Positions 24,977-34,175 are shown, counted from the first letter of the stretch. The stretch: 34,175 nucleotides of DNA from a virus (IMGVR_UViG_3300025018_000357:1-34175); one strand, 5' to 3'. Notes: a model not told the origin generated them from the sequence alone. A program made the numbers and translations.

Positions 24977-25120
24977 TCACGCCCTCAAGTTTTTGAGATA
25001 AACAGACCAGTAAACCAGTTCATCGCGCGTCATCTGCGCGTCAATTTCTGCAACGGTCTTGCCGAGGCGATCAGCCAGTTGAAATTTCAACAGCAGATCG
25101 CCCCGCATTTTCAGTTTTTT
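24977..25120 (-). CDS. C-terminal (gpT-like) part of tail chaperone GT, reached by -1 frameshift
   Basis: The -1 frame after slippery A AAA AAC reads KLKMRGDLLLKFQLADRLGKTVAEIDAQMTRDELVYWSVYLKNLRA*, ending 1 bp before the tape measure ATG. Confidence 0.8.
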   Translation of the reverse strand, partial: KKLKMRGDLLLKFQLADRLGKTVAEIDAQMTRDELVYWSVYLKNLRA

Positions 25121-25455
25121 GCCGCTTCGGCCTCGGTCGAAACGCGCAAGATCACCCTTACAATCCGTTCGATAATCTGCGGATCAACCTTGTGCCGCAG
25201 CGCATGGAAGGTTGCCGGATCATCATCAAAGATCCGCGCGCCGGCCTCATCCTTCAATCGCTCAATGATCAGCTTGACGCTTGCAAGCACGTTGTCGCCC
25301 TTGGCCTCGCGCTGCACCTTTTCCGATTCCTCGAATGTCAGCCGGTCAAAATGACCGATCAACGGCGCACCCTTCTCGCCCCATTCGGGAATCTCAACCG
25401 TGCCGGATTTGATCGTTTCCCAATGCGCGGTTGCCTTCTCAAGAACATTTTTCAT
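25111..25455 (-). CDS. Tail assembly chaperone (gpG-like)
   Basis: 114 aa between tail tube and tape measure genes. Ends GCA AAA AAC TGA. Confidence 0.85.
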   Translation of the reverse strand: MKNVLEKATAHWETIKSGTVEIPEWGEKGAPLIGHFDRLTFEESEKVQREAKGDNVLASVKLIIERLKDEAGARIFDDDPATFHALRHKVDPQIIERIVRVILRVSTEAEAAKN

Positions 25456-25517
25456 GCAATTACCCGTTCGTGTTTTCAGTGTGAGAAATTGGCCGGCCGG
25501 ATCCCGGCCGAGGCCGA

Positions 25518-25913
25518 TCAGGCGGAAACGTCATCAATCGTCAAAGCGCCGTCGCCGGTGAAGTTGATTGAAATCTGGTTGTCAGCCTCAAGCCCGGATT
25601 TCCGGCCAACCGATGTCACAACCGCATTGCCCGACAGATATTGACGCGTTGCAACGTCGCCATCGGGATAAAGCCCGAGTGCAAGCACCGTGCCGGCGCG
25701 GACAGACGTTGCGCCCGTGGTGTCAGACGCATCAAGCCGGCAATCAAGCGAACCCGACCACGCTTTTTTGTGGGCTGCATTGCCTTCCCACGCCTCGCCG
25801 GCGCCGTCCGTCCGATAGGTGCCGGCGGTTTCGTCAACCGTGAAGCCTGTGACCTTTGTAGCTGCATTGGCGCCGATTTTCACAACACCGTCATTCCCGC
25901 TGTAAACCGTCAT
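25518..25913 (-). CDS. Major tail tube protein
   Basis: 131 aa, 'KKAWSGSLD', 'YLSGNAVVTS', 'SINFTGDGAL'. Confidence 0.8.
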   Translation of the reverse strand: MTVYSGNDGVVKIGANAATKVTGFTVDETAGTYRTDGAGEAWEGNAAHKKAWSGSLDCRLDASDTTGATSVRAGTVLALGLYPDGDVATRQYLSGNAVVTSVGRKSGLEADNQISINFTGDGALTIDDVSA

Positions 25914-25925
25914 TTTATCGCGTCC

Positions 25926-26375
25926 TTATGTCCTGGTTTGGGGTTTTCCGGCCGATGTCACAACATCGACGCGAAAGCTTATTGTGGCCAAGCCGGTTCG
26001 CTGTTCACCGTCTGCGCTGGCCATGAAGTCCGTCGCTTCCAACCGGCAAGCCTGGACAAGCCCGCCAAGGTTCAAATCAACACAAATCGCCGTTTCGATT
26101 TCCACCGCCATGGCGTCCAGCTTGTCTTGAAGCGGTTCGCCCGAGGCCCACGCCTCAACCTCGACAATCAGCCGCCGGCGTTCGTCATCCTGGCTGCGGT
26201 CAAGGATCTGGTCGGATTTCCAAGCAACCCGGTTAAGTGGCAAATTGTCTTTCGGAATCGCGTGAAACCGTTCTGTCTCGAGTCCGATGGAAACCGCGCC
26301 GGCGCCGATGTCATAAGACAGGCCCGTAAGCCGCGTCTCGAACACATCGCGGATCTGCTTTCGGATATGTGCCAT
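25926..26375 (-). CDS. Tail terminator (gpU-like)
   Basis: 'MAHIRKQIRD...LDAMAVEIETAI...NLGGL' and position. Confidence 0.7.
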   Translation of the reverse strand: MAHIRKQIRDVFETRLTGLSYDIGAGAVSIGLETERFHAIPKDNLPLNRVAWKSDQILDRSQDDERRRLIVEVEAWASGEPLQDKLDAMAVEIETAICVDLNLGGLVQACRLEATDFMASADGEQRTGLATISFRVDVVTSAGKPQTRT

Positions 26376-26686
26376 CAGGGTTTTTCCAGCTTTACAACGG
26401 CCATGCCGGTGCCGTCCGGCTGGATGTCGCGAACCGTGTAACTCACCCCCTCGATCACAACACCGTCACCGTCACCGGATCCGGCCGGCAAGGCCGAAAC
26501 CGCCACAAGGAAACGCGGCGCAAGGCTTGAAACGTCCATATCACCAAGGCTGATCGCCTCGGCTTCCGCGTCAAATATCACGTCGATATCAACAGCCGCG
26601 GCGCCCGTTTTGGTGTAGGAAACCACGGACCCGAATTCGTCCGGATCCAGAAAAATTGCCCGCTCGGCCGCGCCTTCAATCGGCAT
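26375..26686 (-). CDS. Head-tail joining protein (gpFII-like)
   Basis: 'FLDPDEFG...GDGVVIEGVSYTVRDIQPDGTGM'. Confidence 0.75.
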   Translation of the reverse strand: MPIEGAAERAIFLDPDEFGSVVSYTKTGAAAVDIDVIFDAEAEAISLGDMDVSSLAPRFLVAVSALPAGSGDGDGVVIEGVSYTVRDIQPDGTGMAVVKLEKP

Positions 26687-26912
26687 TTTTGCCGGCCTTG
26701 CCGCCGCGCGTTTCCAGCTTGACGCCGGATCCCGGCGCGCCCGGATCTGCATTCTGGATACCGCGCGCCCCGTCCTGCAGCTCGGCCCAGCCATTGGACA
26801 CAAAATCCCGCGCCGTCTGGCCGCTTATGTCCTTGCCAACCTGCAGAACCGTGCCGGCCGCTTTCATCTTTCCGTCAACCGGCCGAGAAGAGATCATCTT
26901 GATTTTTGCCAT
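26676..26912 (-). CDS. Small head-associated hypothetical protein
   Basis: GGAG RBS, 78 aa, loosely similar to 26974-27216. Confidence 0.65.
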   Translation of the reverse strand: MAKIKMISSRPVDGKMKAAGTVLQVGKDISGQTARDFVSNGWAELQDGARGIQNADPGAPGSGVKLETRGGKAGKNAD

Positions 26913-26973
26913 CGGCTCAACTCCCGTTGCAAAAGAGGCCGGCCAGCCCGGCCCCTTGTTTGTCCGTCAGGTT

Positions 26974-27216
26974 TCAGGCGTCCGCGCCGCCCTGGCCATC
27001 GGTGCCGCCCTGGTCATCGGCGCCGCCGGCCTGGTCCTTCGCCGCGCGCTTGCCGGCGCGCTTGGCTTCGCCTGGCGCGCGGCCCTTCTGTCCGACCACC
27101 AGCGAATTGTAATCCTCTTCGGACACATCCATTGTCACCGGCTTTTTTTCCGATGCGGTAACAGGCTTGCCGTTGACAAATGTGGTTGCAAAAATCTCGA
27201 TTGTTTTCTGAGTCAT
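26974..27216 (-). CDS. Small head-associated hypothetical protein
   Basis: AGGAG RBS, 80 aa, follows the capsid gene. Confidence 0.65.
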   Translation of the reverse strand: MTQKTIEIFATTFVNGKPVTASEKKPVTMDVSEEDYNSLVVGQKGRAPGEAKRAGKRAAKDQAGGADDQGGTDGQGGADA

Positions 27217-27271
27217 GGTTGTTCGCTCCTGATTTTCTCAAATGACCGCCGCAGATCGCGGCGATCATCGC

Positions 27272-27313
27272 AAAAAAACAGCCACCCGCCGGACCATCAG
27301 GCCCGGCGGATGA
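27272..27313 (-). terminator. Intrinsic terminator after the capsid gene
   Basis: Minus strand CATCCGCCGG...CCGGCGGGTG hairpin, then GCTG and T7. Confidence 0.6.
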
Positions 27314-27322
27314 ATGCGCTTA

Positions 27323-29212
27323 TCAAGCGGTCAATGCGTCCAGCATGGCCGAAAAGCTTTGCGGATGGCGCGCGGCAACGTCGCAATCCTGATGCACAAC
27401 GACACGCAAGCCGCCGGATTTGCCCAGCGCATAGGGATCAACCAGAATATCAATGCCCGACCAGAACGCGATAATCAGATCAGCCCAGTTACCGTAGAAG
27501 ATCGCGGAACAGACGCCCGAGGCCGTGCCCTTCGTCAGAGTAGATGAAACCTGATTGGACACCTCGGCGCGGTTGCTGTTCATCTGGCCTTTTTCGCCCC
27601 AGATGTATTGCGCCGTGCCGGTTGCCTTTTCGGTCTGCTTCAGCTTGCCCCGCACCTTGGCATTTGTCAGATATGCGAGGTTGCCCACATCGGCATTATC
27701 AACCGCAACCGCCGATTCCAGATCAACGATATCGGCCCAATCCGGCGCCGCGCCATTGGTGCCACCGACCACCGCACCGATGCCGGACGTTGCCGCGATG
27801 CCACGCGGCTGGTTGCTGGCGCCAGAGCCGTGCAAGGCTGCATAATCGACACCCAAGGCAATGGCTGTTGCCAGATCGCGCCGCACAAACGCTTCCATGT
27901 CGGGTCCCGTCTGATTGAGAAGCTTGCGCGTCATTTCAGTGAAGGCGGAAGCGGTTTTCAGGCGGAACGGCAACTGATCAAAGGCCGAATCCGACGAACT
28001 TGCATCCGCAGCTTCCGCACCCCATGAAATGGTTGATGCCGCAGTCTGGCGCGGAATGTCCAGATCACCCACCAGATCCGTCAAGATGGTTGCGCCCAGC
28101 TCGCGAACCTTCATCGAATTGCGCAGAATGTCGATGAAGTTCATCGAGTCCAGTTCCGTGGCAACCAGATTTCCGCCGGCGGTTGCCGTTCCATAGGAAA
28201 GCGCACGGCTTGCGCCCATCGGCTGCACCAGAACATCAGCCGGAACAGCAAAGCCCCGCGTGGTCTGGCCCATCCGCTCGCGCTTTTCGGATGCGGCTTC
28301 GCAGACTTCAAATTCGAATGCTGCAGCCTCGCGCAATTTCATGTTGCCCGGATCCGCCTTCGCGCGGATCATCCGCAGCATGGAGAAGCTGCGCGCTTCC
28401 TTTTCGGTCAGCCCGACCTTGTTAACGGCTGACATGCGTTCCCCGGCGGTATCGCCAAGCGCATCAAGAATTGCGCCCCGGAATTGCTCGACAGTCTGGC
28501 CGGCGGCAATCGCCTGGTCGGCCTTGTCGCGCATGTTGAAGGTTCCGCCGATCTTGGCAATCTCGGCGCTGCGCTCGCGTTCGGCCTTCATTGCGGCCGC
28601 ACGAATTGCAGCTTCGTCAACCGGCGGATTTTCCGGCGTGATAGGGTTTGGCATGGGTTTTTCCTTTTCCCTGGTTTCAATGGTGAATTTTTTGAGGCAA
28701 GCCGGCGCATCGCTGCGGCCGATGCCGATAGTGGTGTCAGCCGGAATTGATACGACTGACATTTCAAACGGCTTCCAGAGCGTTGCCCGATAGGTTTCGT
28801 GTCCGTCTTCTTCGCCTTCCAAGCGAAGTTTCTGGATGTCGTATCCCACCGAAATATTGCTTAGTTCGCCGTCATTGATGCGCCCGAGAATTTCGGTTGC
28901 CAGCACGCTTTTGCCAAAGCGTACCCATGCCGTGCCCCGGCCCTTGGCAATCTCGACTTTCTGGACAACACCTATCTGTTTCTCAACAGATCTTTGGTGA
29001 TCGAGCAAAAGAGGCGCCCGACCAGAACCGATAAAAGACGTATCAACTTCACCGGCCGCATGGCCGAGGATTTCGGTTCCCCACCAGCACCGGACAGGTT
29101 CTTCCGAGGAAAATGACAGCTCAAGGACGCGATCATCCTCGGCATCGGCCCGCGCTGCAGTGATGGTTCCGGAGCGATAGCGCCGCCCCTCGATTTCAAG
29201 CGTCTTCGTCAT
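27323..29212 (-). CDS. Prohead protease-major capsid fusion protein (HK97 fold)
   Basis: Protease 'LSFSSE', 'PLLLDH', 'ISVGY', 'EMSVVSIPAD'. Capsid 'GGNLVATE', 'ALHGSGASNQPRGI', 'YGNWADL', 'DVAARHPQSF'. Confidence 0.92.
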   Translation of the reverse strand: MTKTLEIEGRRYRSGTITAARADAEDDRVLELSFSSEEPVRCWWGTEILGHAAGEVDTSFIGSGRAPLLLDHQRSVEKQIGVVQKVEIAKGRGTAWVRFGKSVLATEILGRINDGELSNISVGYDIQKLRLEGEEDGHETYRATLWKPFEMSVVSIPADTTIGIGRSDAPACLKKFTIETREKEKPMPNPITPENPPVDEAAIRAAAMKAERERSAEIAKIGGTFNMRDKADQAIAAGQTVEQFRGAILDALGDTAGERMSAVNKVGLTEKEARSFSMLRMIRAKADPGNMKLREAAAFEFEVCEAASEKRERMGQTTRGFAVPADVLVQPMGASRALSYGTATAGGNLVATELDSMNFIDILRNSMKVRELGATILTDLVGDLDIPRQTAASTISWGAEAADASSSDSAFDQLPFRLKTASAFTEMTRKLLNQTGPDMEAFVRRDLATAIALGVDYAALHGSGASNQPRGIAATSGIGAVVGGTNGAAPDWADIVDLESAVAVDNADVGNLAYLTNAKVRGKLKQTEKATGTAQYIWGEKGQMNSNRAEVSNQVSSTLTKGTASGVCSAIFYGNWADLIIAFWSGIDILVDPYALGKSGGLRVVVHQDCDVAARHPQSFSAMLDALTA

Positions 29213-30728
29213 TGTCTTTTCCAGCTCCATTTTGGGTTTCATCATCCGCCGCCGGCGGTTGCGCCTGGCCCTTGCCGGCCGGCGGGAAATCAAACCCCGC
29301 AAGTTTGGCCTGACCCCGTGCAACTTCCAGTTCCTCGAGAACTTCGGACCAGTCTTCGCCACGGCTGGCCGCGATGCGCTGCGGCGATGTCAACAGGGAT
29401 TCAATATTCTGCCGGTTGGCGTCCGATTCCTGCTTCGGATTGACAGCCTTCCAGCCGCGCGGTTGCCACATGACCGGCGAAAACTTGTCGATCTTGGCCA
29501 ATGGCAATTTGACCGCACCGGTTAGCAGCGACATGCGCAACCACCTGGCGCGGATCACATCAAGCGTGTGCGATGAAAACCAGCTTTGCAGGATCCGCCA
29601 TTCGTCTTGTTCCTCGGCTCGGCCGACATGCAATGACGAAAAATTGGTGCCTTCCAGATCGTTGGCCAATCCGTTGTAGGAAACACCCATGCCGGCCGCA
29701 GCACCGCGCAACATCAGCTTTACAAACAGCGGCGATTCACCGTCCGGATAGCCCGGATCAAACTGCTTGAAATCATAGCCAACCGGCAAGGTTTCGAACG
29801 TGCCCGGCGCGAAGTCTTCAACGTCCGGTTCGTCATCCGCGCCAATCTCGGCCGAGTCGTCTGCGGTCCTGGTAAAAAATCCCATCTTGGAAGCGCCGGC
29901 GCGCGCAGCCGTTGCCGCGCCTTCCTCAAAACCGCCCAGCAGGTTCAAGCGCCTGACAGTTGTGTGTGCCCACGGCATTGCAAGATGCGCGCTCGCATCT
30001 TCCGGCACCGCAACATAAGTGATCTGATCAGCCGGAACCCGGATCCGCTGGCCGGTTTCCCGGTTCGCGCCAATCGGTTTCTGTTTGTAGAAATGCCACG
30101 CCACAACCCGGTCAAGGTCATCGCACTCAACGCCGCCATGCACATAACCGCCGCCGCGCGGCTCGTCATTGTAATCAACGGCCAGCCGGTCAATTGTCAG
30201 GATCTGGAATTGATAGCCGTTCGGCCCGAAAGATCGCCCCTCGAAATGCCGGATGAACACGCCACCATCACGCGGCACCATCATGGCGATCATCCATTGC
30301 ACATCAAGCAATGAGAAGCGGCCGCAAGTTGTCGGGCTTCCGACCCGCGACCAATCGGCAAAGGCCGAGGCCAGCAACTTGTTATCCTGTTGATCAAGCC
30401 GGCCATCGGGAAACCGCGCCAACGGAACATGACGAAAGCCAACCGGCCCGACAATATGCCGCCGGCACATCAGCAAAAACGCCCGGTAATAATCGTTGTT
30501 TTGCGCCAGCTCGCGGCTGTGGCGAACCATGCCCAAAAGATCAACGCGGTTTTCTTCGCGTGGCGTTGCTGCGGTCAGGCTGAACCCGGCAACCCTTGAC
30601 GGCCTGGCGCCGGAATAGCGCCGGACTTGCGGCCGGATCTTCGGAACAATCGATTCACGCACCGGCCGCAGATCACCCGCCGGCGCGGCATGCGAAGTCG
30701 AACGCCAAGGAAAAAGCTTAAGCGCCAT
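29196..30728 (-). CDS. Portal protein (lambda gpB family)
   Basis: 'HSRELAQNNDY', 'GGVECD', 'GVSYNGLANDLEGTNFSS', 'PRGWKAVNPKQE'. Confidence 0.92.
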   Translation of the reverse strand: MALKLFPWRSTSHAAPAGDLRPVRESIVPKIRPQVRRYSGARPSRVAGFSLTAATPREENRVDLLGMVRHSRELAQNNDYYRAFLLMCRRHIVGPVGFRHVPLARFPDGRLDQQDNKLLASAFADWSRVGSPTTCGRFSLLDVQWMIAMMVPRDGGVFIRHFEGRSFGPNGYQFQILTIDRLAVDYNDEPRGGGYVHGGVECDDLDRVVAWHFYKQKPIGANRETGQRIRVPADQITYVAVPEDASAHLAMPWAHTTVRRLNLLGGFEEGAATAARAGASKMGFFTRTADDSAEIGADDEPDVEDFAPGTFETLPVGYDFKQFDPGYPDGESPLFVKLMLRGAAAGMGVSYNGLANDLEGTNFSSLHVGRAEEQDEWRILQSWFSSHTLDVIRARWLRMSLLTGAVKLPLAKIDKFSPVMWQPRGWKAVNPKQESDANRQNIESLLTSPQRIAASRGEDWSEVLEELEVARGQAKLAGFDFPPAGKGQAQPPAADDETQNGAGKDNDEDA

Positions 30729-31275
30729 TTGTAAACCTCGCATAAGTCAGTTTGCGCCCGCCATTCGGCAAGGACTTGGCCCGCATCGCCCGGACCTCGG
30801 CCCGGTAATGCGTTCGCCATCTGATCAGTTCATCAATCGTCATCTTTGTGAGCGACCGGCCGGCAATCGAATATTGATTGACATCCTTTTGCGCGCGGCC
30901 CTCTATCAACGCCTCGATTGAAACCAGCATCTTTTCCGCATGGCTGCGCATATCATCGGCCGTCGATCCATCCGGACGGACAACCAGAGAACCGCGCCCG
31001 ACAATCTGCGAAGCGCCGCCGGAAATCGCCGTTGCCCGCAATGTCCAAAGATATGTCCCGGCCGCAGCACCGGTCAGATCCAGCGCGCCGGACTGGACGC
31101 CCGACACATCGGCAAAACTCACTGTGATGGCCGCAGCCGCCGCAAGTTTGAGCGATAGCGCCAGTGTGAATTGATCGACTGGATAGGCCAGCGATTGCGC
31201 GGAAAGCGAAAGCGTCACGACATCGCCGGCGGCAAGCTCGGACGGGATTTCCTCGAAAGTTCCAAAATCAGTCAC
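30718..31275 (-). CDS. Head completion protein (gpW-like C-terminus, extra N-terminal beta domain)
   Basis: 'MLVSIEALIEGRA...YSIAGRSLTKMTIDELIRWRTHY', between terL and portal. Confidence 0.75.
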   Translation of the reverse strand: MTDFGTFEEIPSELAAGDVVTLSLSAQSLAYPVDQFTLALSLKLAAAAAITVSFADVSGVQSGALDLTGAAAGTYLWTLRATAISGGASQIVGRGSLVVRPDGSTADDMRSHAEKMLVSIEALIEGRAQKDVNQYSIAGRSLTKMTIDELIRWRTHYRAEVRAMRAKSLPNGGRKLTYARFTNGA

Positions 31276-33425
31276 TTGATACCCCGCATGACAAAAGCCC
31301 CATCCCGGCGCCGGCGCTTGGCTGGCCGCGCCTTCTTTTTGGTTTCAGTTCTGGCCGGCGCCGGTTCATCGGCATCAACGCCCGCATCCTCGGCCGCACC
31401 CTCGGCCGCATCAGTCACCCGGCGAACGGAATTGGCGTTGCGCGCAACCACATCGGCCCACGCCGGCGGTCGATCCCAATTGATTTTTTCGGCTTTCAAA
31501 ACGATGGCCAGCGCCCGGCCATAAACGGCCAAGTCAAAAGCCTCGTTTGGCTGCGCTGATTTCTTGCGTTCCCAGCCGGTTGGCGTCCGTAGTTCGGCGC
31601 AAAGCTCGGAAAACACCCGATCCGGCAACAGATCCGAAAGGTGATAGGCGTTCGGCCCCGGATCCTTTCGCGTCAAGGATGCAACGATTTCATCCTTGAG
31701 CTTGTCAGTTCCGACATAAACCAGCCGGATATCAGATCGCTTGATTTTCTTGCTGCCAAGCACCTTTTCCGGCGTTCCGTACCGCGCCCGATCCCGCGTC
31801 AATCCGCCCTGGCCGCGCGCCAGATAAATCCGGATATCACCGTTGCGCCGCTTGTGTTTTCTCCAGAACGAATAAGCGTTCGTTGTCACACCGGCCGCGC
31901 CGCCCGAATCCACAATCATGGCTTTGGGCTTCATTGCCAGCTCGCTGCCGGCGACCGGATACGCATGGTCAATCAGCGGCAACAATGCTTGCCAGTCCTC
32001 AAGATACCGCGCCGGATCACAAGGCCGAGGCGCGCCCGGCGCACCGTCTGGCGCCATCAAGATTTCTTGCCGATCAATCAGCCGGCGTTCCAAGCCCGGC
32101 CCCCAGGCATCGGCCTGCACAACAAAACCGCGCGCCTGCACATCGACTTGAACCGTGATAAACCGCGTCCAGTCCGGAGCAACGCCAATCGGATAACGAC
32201 CGGCGCCGGCCTTTAGCGCATCCTCGGAAAGCCCCTCGCCAACTTCCAATTGCTGCGGCAAATACGGCCGGCCCTGGTCAACATTGATCGTTGTTTTCAG
32301 GGACGTTTCATCGCCGGTTTTTTTGAAATCTTCGCGCGCCTGCAACAGCCGCAGCACGATTTGTTCCCAGGACTGCAGCGCCGCAACCGGCCCTTCGCAC
32401 CAATAAGAAACGATGTCTGTTGATGCGATGGCCGGATCATCAATCGTCACAAGCTGGCCGTTATCGGCCTCATGCAGCCAAACGCCCGTCCGGTTCAATT
32501 CGAATTTCTTGTCATGCTTGATCAGACAGCCATTCGGACAGGCCATTTCAACAGTCTTGGCAGACTGGCCCGGCGTATCGCGGATCTCGTATTTCAGCGC
32601 ATCCATGCTCGGCTGAAACAGTTCGCCGCAGCTCGGACACGTCCAGTAAAAGCGGCCGCGCGTTCCGCCGTTGTAGAGCTGCAGAATTCCGGTTGTCGGC
32701 GGCGCCTCATGTGGCGTTGCAGCCTTCCATTCATCATCGAGAACCGGCCGGCCTGGCGATCCCTCGGCCATCGCCATGCCGAGACTGCCGAAACTTTGCG
32801 TCCGTTTCTGCGCAAGCTTGAAAGGCGATCCCTCGCCGTTCACATCCTCAACCATGCGATCATAATCAGTCAGCAGAACGTCCGGAATATCGAACATGGA
32901 AAGCTGACCGATCACCGGCCATCCAAGCCGCAAGCGCATGCCACCGGCAAACCGCTTATCGTAAATGTTATCGTCACCGCGCGACTTGCCTAACCGCTCA
33001 TAGACGCCGGCATTTGCAGCAATGAACGGATCAACCTTTTCAATCGAGAATTCGCGCGCCGTGTCTTTGGTTGGCGACAGGATCAGCATATTGCGCGGCA
33101 TGCACTCGACACGATGGCCCAGCGCATTGATCACGAGGTGTTCGGTTTTCACGGTTCGCGCCGGACCGCAGAAGACCAGCCCGGAATAACGCCGCGAAGT
33201 CAGCATGCGCGCCGGCTCAACCATGTAAGCGGCAAAATCGTTAGACCAATCGCCCGAGAAACCCGCACCCCTGACCTTGCGTTTCGTTGCCCAGGTCGGA
33301 ACATCAATCCGGCGTGATGGCTGCAGCGCCGGCAAAGCCTTGGCCACAATCGCCGCCGGCGATGCAAAGGCCGGCGGTTCCATGTCGCCAAGGAATTTCG
33401 CAATGATCGCTTGCCGATCAAGCAT
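31272..33425 (-). CDS. terL: Terminase large subunit (lambda gpA family)
   Basis: Walker-like 'GPARTVKT', 'LLTDYDR', 'CPSC...CPNGC', nuclease 'VDVQ', 'VDSGG', 'NEAFDLAVY'. Confidence 0.93.
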   Translation of the reverse strand: MLDRQAIIAKFLGDMEPPAFASPAAIVAKALPALQPSRRIDVPTWATKRKVRGAGFSGDWSNDFAAYMVEPARMLTSRRYSGLVFCGPARTVKTEHLVINALGHRVECMPRNMLILSPTKDTAREFSIEKVDPFIAANAGVYERLGKSRGDDNIYDKRFAGGMRLRLGWPVIGQLSMFDIPDVLLTDYDRMVEDVNGEGSPFKLAQKRTQSFGSLGMAMAEGSPGRPVLDDEWKAATPHEAPPTTGILQLYNGGTRGRFYWTCPSCGELFQPSMDALKYEIRDTPGQSAKTVEMACPNGCLIKHDKKFELNRTGVWLHEADNGQLVTIDDPAIASTDIVSYWCEGPVAALQSWEQIVLRLLQAREDFKKTGDETSLKTTINVDQGRPYLPQQLEVGEGLSEDALKAGAGRYPIGVAPDWTRFITVQVDVQARGFVVQADAWGPGLERRLIDRQEILMAPDGAPGAPRPCDPARYLEDWQALLPLIDHAYPVAGSELAMKPKAMIVDSGGAAGVTTNAYSFWRKHKRRNGDIRIYLARGQGGLTRDRARYGTPEKVLGSKKIKRSDIRLVYVGTDKLKDEIVASLTRKDPGPNAYHLSDLLPDRVFSELCAELRTPTGWERKKSAQPNEAFDLAVYGRALAIVLKAEKINWDRPPAWADVVARNANSVRRVTDAAEGAAEDAGVDADEPAPARTETKKKARPAKRRRRDGAFVMRGIK

Positions 33426-34077
33426 CAAACAGGGATCCGGACTTGCTGACCTCGGCCGACTTCACCGGCCGGTCAGACCAAAACCGCAAGATCTGGCCGC
33501 GCAATGCGTCAAGCATTTCGTCACCGATGCGGATAACCTTTTCCACATCCTCGCCGGCGATCACGTTGGCGCGCTCCAGAGCGTCCGGCAACGTGTTTGA
33601 CGAGTCACGTATCAGCATGAACATGCTTTCTAGAAGATCCTCAACGTCAGCCCGTTCGATCAGCTCATTGCGATGGCGCTTGAATGTTTCGTATTCGCGC
33701 GCCGCTGCAATGGCTTCCTGTTTTTCCTTTGGGCTTAACGCGTCAATGGTGTCGCCGGCTTTGCCGCCGGTCAGCGCCAGACGCATGGCCGCGATGGTGT
33801 CTTGTGCCGCTGATCGCGACTCTTGCTCGGACCGATCCCGCGCGCATTTCCAAGCCCAGCACCTGGACGGCAGGAATTCATAAGCCTGGCCATTGGTGCC
33901 CTGGCTTTCAACCGGCATGCCGGCCGAGATCCAAGCGCCGATTGTGTTTGCAGACACGCCGAAAAAGTCGGCCAGATCCGAACGGTTCAAAACATTGTCA
34001 GGAACCCCGGCCGGCAACGGATATTTCGCCACCAGCTCGTCAAGTTCAACATCTGTCAACGCCTGGCGCTCAACCAT
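33418..34077 (-). CDS. terS: Terminase small subunit (Nu1-like)
   Basis: HTH 'LNRSDLADFFGVSANTIGAWISAGMP...GQAYEF', upstream of terL. Confidence 0.88.
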   Translation of the reverse strand: MVERQALTDVELDELVAKYPLPAGVPDNVLNRSDLADFFGVSANTIGAWISAGMPVESQGTNGQAYEFLPSRCWAWKCARDRSEQESRSAAQDTIAAMRLALTGGKAGDTIDALSPKEKQEAIAAAREYETFKRHRNELIERADVEDLLESMFMLIRDSSNTLPDALERANVIAGEDVEKVIRIGDEMLDALRGQILRFWSDRPVKSAEVSKSGSLFDA

Positions 34078-34162
34078 GATCCGGCCCGCCCCCTTACTCG
34101 CAACAACAACAACAATGAAAATCTGCACCCGGCCGAGACACCAGATACGCAAAGAAACTGCG

Positions 34163-34175
34163 GCGCGAAGATTCC
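34163..34175. repeat. Right copy of 13-bp terminal repeat (probable cos)
   Basis: Identical to 1-13. Confidence 0.75.

Noticed and set aside
24149-25354. 401-aa plus-strand ORF
   Set aside because: Antisense shadow of the tape measure and chaperone genes.
25490-26960. GGCCGG-rich intergenic hairpins (25490, 26935, also 12308) as a mobile repeat family
   Set aside because: The sequences are not alignable beyond the short GC motif. They are more simply ordinary mRNA stem-loops.

Overview
The window looks like a complete 34.2-kb temperate siphovirus genome with lambda-like organisation. The host is probably an alphaproteobacterium (Rhizobiales/Hyphomicrobiales-like), inferred from the GcrA and GapR homologues and a tRNA-Lys(CTT) att core. 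The genome is linearised at a probable cos site: the same 13-mer, GCGCGAAGATTCC, is at both ends. Reading the minus strand from the right end: terminases, gpW, lambda-type portal, fused protease-capsid, neck and tail genes (with a -1 frameshift chaperone), tape measure, tail tip and fibre genes, then a lysis cassette. attP (about 12780-13030) carries the 3' half of tRNA-Lys(CTT). The plus-strand early operon encodes a Rieske-motif protein, xis-int and small accessory genes including a gp49/66-family protein. The minus-strand early operon encodes cro, a CII-like protein, truncated GcrA, GapR, a ParB/MT-A70 fusion, a C5 methyltransferase with a nested out-of-frame ORF, a replication initiator with iterons, a NusG-type antiterminator and a gpZ-like gene. 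The most unusual points are: (i) cro and cI have no intergenic region and cI has no conventional start; (ii) the two-frame C5 methyltransferase has a shortened motif IX; (iii) the phage encodes a Rieske-motif protein; (iv) a cluster of host cell-cycle and nucleoid mimics; (v) apparent GGATCC enrichment. All product calls come from motif recognition by eye; no database searches were run.
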